A stretch of 64,000 bases of DNA from Auanema rhodensis (taxonomy: Eukaryota; Animalia; Nematoda), in contig OZ059897.1 in NCBI GenBank assembly GCA_964057225.1, forward strand, positions 16,988,001 through 17,052,000, in the 5' to 3' direction. The number at the start of each line of letters is the position of its first letter. Position 1 is the stretch's first letter. The position numbers and the translations under genes are program-made. The notes under the pieces were generated by a model. It did no database searches and was not told the DNA's origin. It was given only the letters and a program-made list of their open reading frames with translations. Of the stretch, positions 55,701 through 64,000 are shown in pieces.

Positions 55701-58700
55701 AAAATCGAGAACTGAATTTACCTTATCGGCTGTTTTTAATAATGCTTGCAACAATTGCTCCAAAAAATCAATTGTACTTTCGTTTGCACATATTTGTGCA
55801 ACCAAAGTCATTTGCATTACCTGAAAAAAAATGAATGAGAATCTTCAAGATTTTCATTACTTTTTTGCAAAGAACATCCGCTGATCGTTCCGAACAAGGT
55901 TGGAACCATAGAGCCATAAAAGTTTCTTGGACCAACTTCTTTACTCCATCCTCATCGGTTATTCGACGGACCAATTTAGAAAGCATATCGGGGATCTATT
56001 TTTTTTAATTAACCAAAAACATAAATATCCTAGAAACCTGTTTATAGTTAGGATATTTTTCACAAATTTCTCTCATTATACGAATAACACGTTTTCGAAC
56101 AGCAGTTCCAGAATCCTAAATATTACTTTCAGCGTAATAGTAAAAATAGTAATGTACCTTGATTCTCTCAAGAAGAATACCATAATAATCAGGAATAAAT
56201 TCTTCTTTAACAAGTAAAAATTTTCCTAATAATTCAATAGTAGCTTCACGGACAGCAGCATTTGGATCAATCATTCGCGAATTTACAGCTAGTCTTACAT
56301 CAGGCTAAAAAATAATACAAAATATCACAAATATAAAATTAAAACATTTACCATTCCAAGAACTTCATAATCTGCTTCAATAATTTGAGTGAGGCATTTC
56401 ATCGCTTTTGTGCGTAAACTGACAGTACTTTCTACTTGAATCCCATATAGAATCTAGAAACAGAGCAAAATAAAAACAGATCAACTAATTTAACAAACTA
56501 TTTTTAGATAAGAGTCAAACGAATGAGTGAATTCTCTTCTAGATGCTAAGTATTTTACTGTCCAACTAGCATCACTGTCCAGCATAACATTGCCCGTTTT
56601 CCTGAATAGAAAATATATACAATAAGATTAAAAATAAAAATTGCCTGATATGTTCTGTTCGTTTTTTGACTTGTTTTTTATCTACTAGTTTAGTTAGAAA
56701 CTCTTTGTTAGTTTGTGCTTTTTCATTCATTCTTTCCATCTTTTTCTCAAGCTTCCTTTTATCCTGAGCAAATTTAAAAATTAAAAGTATAAATCAAATT
56801 GACTTACTTTTTCAGTTAGCTCAGTAGATTTATCAGACTTGAAGTTTTGCCTTGCTATATCTAGATCTTCAGCTGTTTCCTTATACCATTCGGCAGCATA
56901 GTATTTGATAGCATACTTAATTTAAAATTTTAGTTATTATATTTTACTTAAAAAACTTACATCTACACTAATATCATCACCCATTTTATCAACAAGGAAA
57001 TCAATTAAAGCTTGTTCCAGCTTTTTCAATCGATCACTTGCAGAAAACTAAAATTAAAATAGAGAAGAAAGATAGAGAATGGTATAATACTTCGCTAATA
57101 TCCACATCGGAAACATTTTCGAATTGGGGCTCTTCTTCATCATCATATATGATAGTTTTAACAACAATCTAAATAAGACAAAAAGTTCAAAACAATACTA
57201 GATAAATTAAACCTCTAGTCGTTTCTCAGAATCTTCAACTGCCGATTTCGCATCTTTACGTAGGCGCGCTGTTATAGATCCTAAGTAATCAAGACAGGCT
57301 TGACGAATTACTATATCAGTGGATTTTGCTCTATAAAGAATACCGTAATTCATATTGAAACCTCTGCAAAAAACCTGTAATATTTAACTAATAATGTTCC
57401 TAGAATATTCAGAATGAATTCAGCAGCTGGGAATGGTGGTTTATGTAATGCAGCCAAAAGGTCTTGTAGGAAAGCATCAAAGAGGCGTCTATAATCTTCT
57501 TCACCGTCTGTTTTACTTCCTTTACATGAACATCTAAAAAAAGAAGTTAAAGCATGTATTCTAGAAAACGATTACTTGGCTAAAAATCCATTGAGAAATG
57601 TTCCAGCAAGTCTTTGAGCATCTTTAAAAGAATCTTTCACAATTGAATCAGGATTAATTTCATTCTTATTATCTTCGTCGTCGTTTCTTTTTCTTTTGGG
57701 CATCTTGAATAATAACAAATATCGAAAAAAAAATATTTAAGAAAAACCTTAACCGCAGATTGAATAAGTTGTAAGATTAAAACAGTTGTATTGCTTATCC
57801 ATTGTTCTGGCCCGAGACGGTAGCTATTGTTTGTATTCTTACCAGGAGGTAAACGATGAAGAGAATTCAGAATGTCTGTGAGGATTCCTACCCTTACTCC
57901 TTCCGAGCTAATAGCAAAAATATTGGATGCGAGAAGCATAGCCTGCGATTTTAAGTAATGAATTGAAATATACCAATATATATATATGTACCTGTCGCTG
58001 TAACTCTCCTACATTGCTGACAAAAAACGAAGCTACGGCCATACTTGACAAATGATGGATACTAGTCTCTGGTAGTAATTGCACACGAACCTAAATAATA
58101 CCGTTATATGAACAATTTCGAACTCGACTCACTAGTTCTGAGAAACATCCAACAAGATCCGCAATTCTATCATATATCTTTTGAACTGTATGGGACCGAT
58201 TACTAACTCCGGCTTTTCTTTTTCTTCGAGGATCCTCAGCTGAAACAGAATATATATTATAACAATAAAATAAAACTTGCCTTTTTGCTTCTTGGAATTA
58301 TTGGAGCGAAAGACACTATCAGAAGCAGGAAATATGATATGGTTTAGATATTGCTTACAAAGATTAATGGCTCTCTCAATAGTATCCTCGATAAAAACCT
58401 AAATATCATAAGGTTTGGGCATTGGTTAATTTTGCATACTTGTTTTGGCATTTTATAGCTAGTCATAATCATTAAAGCTGTGCAAGCAGCATCAGCTGCG
58501 CGAGCAAGTCGCTCATGTATTAATTCTCTAAAAGCAACATCCTCCTCCTCAGCATTCTATAAACATTTACAATATACGTTAAAACTGTGTGGTATCTAAC
58601 CTCTTCGAGTATTACAGGAACTAAAAGCCTAGATCCGTCTTGACTTATGACATCCTTCATGTTTCTCTCAAGCATAGTTTCTAACTTGACCAAACGATCC

Positions 58701-61639
58701 ACAGGTACTCTATTAAGTTTTTTCCAACTTTTTAGCTTTTGTGTTTGGTTTCTCAGATCATCAAGTACAGCTCTATCTATTAGAAGTTCTTGACTAACAT
58801 CATCGTCTTCTTCTTCTTCATCTCAAATCAATTGGAGAATATTAAAAGATATTGTTATATATAATACCTGTTTTATTATTGCAGGCCATAAGCACATCCA
58901 TGTCTTCAACTTGATCTAAAATTTGATCAACTAAAAGCATAAATCTATTGAATGAGTCATTCTCAGCCATAACCTAAAAAATAAAATTAGTGTTATTTAT
59001 GTTTTGGAACAAACATCATTATTCCAACATTCCTGAATATTTTCATCTCCTCGTCTGCGTTTACGTTTCTCCAATCTTTTTCTCTGTCTTTCATTCCATT
59101 CTAACTCCCGTTGATGAATTACTAAAGAATTAATTTAAGAAAATAATAAAGATTTAGATCATACCTTCAGTGGGAGTAGGGGGTCGTTCTTCTCGTTCTT
59201 CCTTTTTTCTCTTCTTCTTCTTATCATAAAATTTATTTTCCTCATCACTACCCGATTCTTCTTCCATTTTCTGTTCTGAAGCTTCCATTTTTGAAATCAT
59301 TTCTATATCTTGTTGTTCCGCCTGTTCTTCTTCCAATGTCTTCGTTCTATTTCGGCGCCTTCTCCCTTGAGTAGGGTCGAAGTAGTCAGTTAAAGAATCA
59401 AATAAACATTCAACCTTAAATATACAGAAGTGAAATATTAAATAAAACACTGAGCATACCATATCTTTCTTTTTACGGTGAGTTTGAGCTTTTGGTTGTT
59501 TACCAACACTAGCCATTTGTCTTCTTAACTTTATTGCTTCCTGATCAAGTTGGACCTGCACTTTTTGAGGTTCCTTATTAGGTACTGATGGAACACTATT
59601 TGTGACAGGTCCCCCCAGAACATGAGACATCTTAAAATGACAAATACATTACAATAAGAATAAAAATGATAAACCGAAGGTCTGTTTAAGTCATCTTCCA
59701 TTTCATTTAATAGGTGTTCAGTTTCAGCTATTCCCATATTATGCTCCGGTTCAACGTCAAGAGCCTATTATTTTAATAATAAAAATAATGAAAAAAAATC
59801 TCACATTGCAATTATACTCCATAACGTCTTTTATTAATGGTGGCATTTGCGCTAAAGGCAAATCATTTGTTTCGGCCAACTCACCGTGGTGATCCAAGCG
59901 AGTTCGTCTGGAGTTGAAAATAATAAGTAAATTAATGAAATCAGTACAAACATATCACGAATATCCACTTTAGATAAAGCTTGTGAAATCATTTTCACAA
60001 TATCTGGACTAGAATTATCCAGTATGGGCAGTGCATCGTCAGAGCAAACACAAGTTAAGCTCGATTTTTCGAGACTTTCGCTAGGAAAAGGAATCACTCC
60101 CATAACTGTAACAGTAATAGATAAATTTGTTATATAACTGCGAAAATTGTTTACAATTATTGATAAAATGAGTGGCCACTAACGCAACAGGATGTCTAAA
60201 ATTTTCCATTCTAGTTGCGCATTCCTGCTTCAGCTGAAAATAACCAAAAATAAGAAACTAACCGAATTAATAAACAACAAACCCTTTCATCCTCACGCTG
60301 TCTTTGCAGTTGCTCATCCCTAATTTTCATCAATTTCTCTCGTTCAATTCTTTCAGCTTCTTCCCTTTTCTTTTTTTCTTCCTCTAATCTCAACGCTTCC
60401 TCCTGAATATTAGAGCACTACATTTCATAAAATGTAGAATTTAGTACCTGTTGTCGAAGCATTTCTTGGTGCTCCTTTTCTCTTTGAATCATCAATTCGC
60501 GTTGTTTGCGCTGCTGTTCTTCACGTTCAGCCAATTCCTGAGAAAAAAAAATTAATCTTTTATAACTTAGCGCAGACAAAACCTTCTGTCGTTTTCTATT
60601 CAACTCTTCCTGGCGTTTTATTTCCATTTGCCTACTTTGCTCTTCCAACAGACGTTGCTGCTGTTCATGCTAAATATTGATAATAAGTAAAATATTGAAT
60701 ACAAACAATACCAAAGTTAACTGTTGTTGAGGCGGCATAGATTGCTGAGAAGACTGAGAATGAGAAGGTTGTTGCCTAGCTTGGGGTTGCATCTGGTGTT
60801 GATGTTGGTGACTTTGTATATTGCTTTGCGCAGGAATAGACGACAAGACTTGACCAATTTGGTTTGGAATTGCTTGGGGTATAGAGTTTTGATGTAGTTG
60901 GTGTTGCGACGTTAGCTGAGTTTGATGCGGTTGATGAGTACTAGCATGTGGAGGTTGGTGAGTACTAGCATGAGGAGGTTGATGAGTACTAGCATGAGAA
61001 GGTTGATGAGTACTAGCGTGTGTAGGTTGATGAGATGATGAATGCTGATTTTGATGTTGCTGTTGGTGAGGTAATTGGTGAAGCGGTTGATGTTGGTGTT
61101 GTGATTGGTGTTGAGATTGCTGTTGTAATTGAGGTTGATCTTGCATGAATCTTTGATGATTATGCTGCAATGGCTGCTGTTGGACAGCTTGCTGTGATAA
61201 AACCTGCTGTGGATGCATCTAAATCTTATAGTGAAATTAGTTAACAAAAAGGTAGTATAATACATGTTGTTGAGGCTGTTGAAACATTGGAATTTGTTGC
61301 TGCATCATAAGATTATTATATTGCTGCTGTTGAAAAGGTTCCATGTTTATCATCTTTAAAAGAACGCTTACTAACAAGTAAAAAAACTAACATACTTGAT
61401 TCTGGCCATAAAATTGGAATTGATTCATATATTGTTGTTGTAAAATCATCTGAATGTGAATGGTCCTATACGTATAAACAGCATTCAAAATAACATACCT
61501 GATTATAATGATCTTGAGGATTCATCATTTGCTGTTGGCCATGACCAGGGATATTCATATTATTTTGGTAATTCTGGAATCATACATTTAGTAAACAAAC
61601 AGAAAATAATTTTCATACTTGTATATCACGTGGATCCAT
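52758..61639 (-). CDS. scc-2: Canonical cohesin loader SCC-2/PQN-85 (Nipped-B/NIPBL), many exons
   Basis: MDP start, Gln/His-rich N-terminus, charged coiled-coil region, then HEAT core with LRTKAMKCL, VREATIELLG, VRKRVIRI, LQPYL, GLVTPGSSIATLVAM, ADNIAMFPY and DEPLY; acidic tail. Confidence 0.95.
60929..61034. repeat. 24-bp coding tandem repeat, about 4.4 copies, encoding HQP(P/S/T)HAST in the scc-2 N-terminus
   Basis: GGTTG(A/G)TGAGTACTAGC recurs at 60929, 60953, 60977 and 61001. Confidence 0.9.
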
Positions 61640-61842
61640 GGTTCAATATGAGCCTGGGCCGTGCCCAGCTTGAGATGCCAATGCCTCAGAACCTCAAATA
61701 TTGCATATAAATTTAGATATCAAAATAAACTAGAAATAATAATTTTAAAAATAACATCAAGCATAAACGGTAATAATGCTGGAACTCTGCCCCACAGTGC
61801 AATTATAAACGCCGTACAACTTGAGCTCAGCAATTCAAAAAT

Positions 61843-61867
61843 TACGGTAATTTTGGAGCGCGCTTGC
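61843..61867. promoter_or_regulatory. Putative germline promoter motif pair upstream of scc-2 (TACGGTA ... GGAGCGCGCTTGC)
   Basis: GC-rich GGAGCGCGCTTGC in very AT-rich DNA about 215 bp upstream of the scc-2 ATG, with the same GAGCGC core as in the pch-2 promoter. Confidence 0.5.
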
Positions 61868-61986
61868 CTATTCATTTGCATATGTACAATTTAGAAAATT
61901 TTCAGAATACTGTAATTTTGTTAATTTTTCTTCGACAGTAATATATCTTAATTTATTATTTATTAAAATTATACTTGTATAAGTAC

Positions 61987-61988
<2 letters not shown>

Positions 61989-62028
<40 letters not shown>
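61989..62028. repeat. (TA)20 microsatellite
   Basis: Perfect TA run read directly; it lies about 30 bp past the mucin stop codon. Confidence 0.95.
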
Positions 62029-62031
<3 letters not shown>

Positions 62032-62059
62032 TTGTCAGTGAGCACAAAATCAATATCAA

Positions 62060-63775
62060 TTAGGCGAAGTAAGAGTCCAACACTGGTTCCCCTTGATCAA
62101 TCATCCCTTTGTTCATAAGTCCAAACTCATTCCCATTGAAATTATCCATATTTATAGTGGTAGCACCTATGTTTTTATCAAGCAGAGCATTTTTACTTAA
62201 ACTTTTCTTAGATGAAAGAGATGGAGAAGTTTTAAGAGGAGTGACTGTTTTAGATTCTACTGTCACGATGCTTTTTGCCTTATAGCACATTGTTATTAAT
62301 ACAGCAATAAGAACTAAGATTACTATACTTAGAGAGGTTGTTATGATAAAAGCATTTCTGAAAAAAATAGATTATAAAATATATACAATAACACAAACTT
62401 CATCAAAAACGTTGTAAAAGGATTTGTGGTCACATTTCCAGTAACAGCTGAAAAAAACACAAACTATTAGGATTCTATAGCTTATCTCACATTTTCTCAT
62501 AGTTGTTTCCGAATTTATATTTGCATTCTCTATCACATTATGAATCTCAATAGGAATACTGTTGTTAACAATAGTTGGTGTTGAAGTTTTAATTGTTATA
62601 AATGGTGCTACTGATCCGGGTATTGTAGAATTAAGTGTCAAAAGTTCTCCTGATTCGTACACATTCAATGTAGCTTCAGAAGTTGCGATCGTAGTGAAAT
62701 ATGTAGGATTGTTACTCCTCTTTTTCATAGTTTGAGTTGTGATAGTTGTTGTAGTTACGGGAGCTTTGATGGCTATCTTACGATTCGGAGTTGTGGTGAT
62801 TCTGGTGGTTCTGATAGCTGTTAAAGTTGTGGTAGTGCTTGACCTTCTGGTAGTAGTTGGAGTTGTGGTAGTGGTAGGAGTTGTGGTAGTGGTAGGAGTT
62901 GTGATAGTTGTAGGAGTTGTGGTAGTTGTAGGAGTTGTGGTAGTGGTAGGAGTTGTGGTAGTTGTAGGAGTTGTGGTAGTTGTAGGAGTTGTGGTAGTTG
63001 TAGGAGTTGTGGTAGTTGTAGGAGTTGTGGTAGTTGTAGGAGTTGTGGTAGTTGTAGGAGTTGTGGTAGTGGTAGGAGTTGTGGTAGTTGTAGGAGTTGT
63101 GGTAGTGGTAGGAGTTGTGGTAGTTGTAGGAGTTGTGGTAGTTGTAGGAGTTGTGGTAGTTGTAGGAGTTGTGGTAGTTGTAGGAGTTGTGGTAGTTGTA
63201 GGAGTTGTGGTAGTTGTAGGAGTTGTGGTAGTTGTAGGAGTTGTGGTAGTTGTGGTAGTTGTAGGAGTTGTAGGAGTTGGAGTTGGAGTTATGATGGTCC
63301 TCGAAGTAGCAGATGCTACCATGGAAGCTGAAGCATTTTTATTTCTGTAATAGTAGTGGAAACTTTACTTGAATCTGCAGAGATTGATTTTACGATAGTG
63401 GGAGTTCTAGTTGTAGTAGTGCTATAGGTTATTAATGATATAGATGTAGTTGGGATATGAAAGGGTTTTGATTGCTCTACTGTTAAAGTACCTAATGATG
63501 CAGTGTCGCCTAAATCTTATGGTGGTAATGCTCGAAATATTTGAATATTGATATTATAGGCTTGAACTCTAACCTGACGGCGAGTTATTAATATTTGCTA
63601 GACTACTCTGATCATTCAAATGTTCCTTTTCTGCATCATTTTCATCTAGTTGGTTAGCATTTTCTTGAAAAGATTGCCGAACAACTAAAGGTGCTAATAA
63701 CAATAGATGAATTAACGCTAAACTCAAAAGGAATTAGAATATTTCACTGTTGTGAACCTTACAAAACAACAGCAT
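62060..63775 (-). CDS. Type-I transmembrane mucin-like protein: signal peptide, PTTTTT repeat stalk, single TM, short tail
   Basis: Predicted start [16 protein letters not shown]; long Thr/Pro exon; last exon [27 protein letters not shown]...VLDSYFA*. The 5' splicing is tentative. Confidence 0.8.
62859..63255. repeat. 18-bp coding minisatellite GGAGTTGTGGTAGT(T/G)GTA, about 22 near-identical copies, encoding PTTTTT on the minus strand
   Basis: Unit read directly; copies differ mainly at one synonymous position. Confidence 0.95.
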
Positions 63776-64000
63776 CGACCGCTTCGATTGAGTTTAAAAT
63801 TAAAAATGAAAATCTAATAAACGTAAAATAAATACTTACGCTTATTTTAAGTTCGTGAAGTTAATGTTTTATCTTATTTACATAAACATCATATCTTTAA
63901 ATACATAAATTATTTAATTGAAAAATCTATTGACAAGAAAAATACACAAAAGAATATAAAAATTTTCATATCGTGCATGTTTTGAAGTGAGTTTTTACAA

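Noticed and set aside
62739-63350. 203-aa poly-Val/Gly ORF
   Set aside because: It is the antisense reading of the PTTTTT mucin repeat.

Overview
This is eukaryotic DNA from a rhabditid-type nematode. It is AT-rich, with compact genes broken by many introns of about 40-55 nt and TTTCAG/TTTTAG acceptors directly before start codons. Left to right it contains: tRNA-Arg(TCG); a four-hairpin microRNA cluster absent from the ORF track (miR-43-like, miR-44-like, miR-43-like, miR-44-like); a secreted Thr-rich protein ending in an ShK toxin domain; an uncharacterised membrane protein; an SH2-tyrosine-kinase-fold pseudokinase; wntless/mig-14; a serpentine GPCR; an SLC1 glutamate transporter; nol-1/NOP2; a 7-finger zinc-finger gene; cystinosin ctns-1 tail-to-tail with the meiotic AAA+ ATPase pch-2; an SLC22 transporter; two cohesin-loader genes; and a type-I membrane mucin. 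The most striking item is the cohesin-loader pair. A canonical scc-2/pqn-85/NIPBL (minus strand) lies tail-to-tail with a second, strongly diverged Scc2-like gene (plus strand). The second gene keeps the parent's intron positions and HEAT-repeat core but has lost the whole N-terminal region, so it looks like a natural 'Scc2C' paralogue. Exon structures were worked out by hand. Multi-exon CDS coordinates are start-to-stop spans, and family assignments rest on remembered motifs, not database searches.
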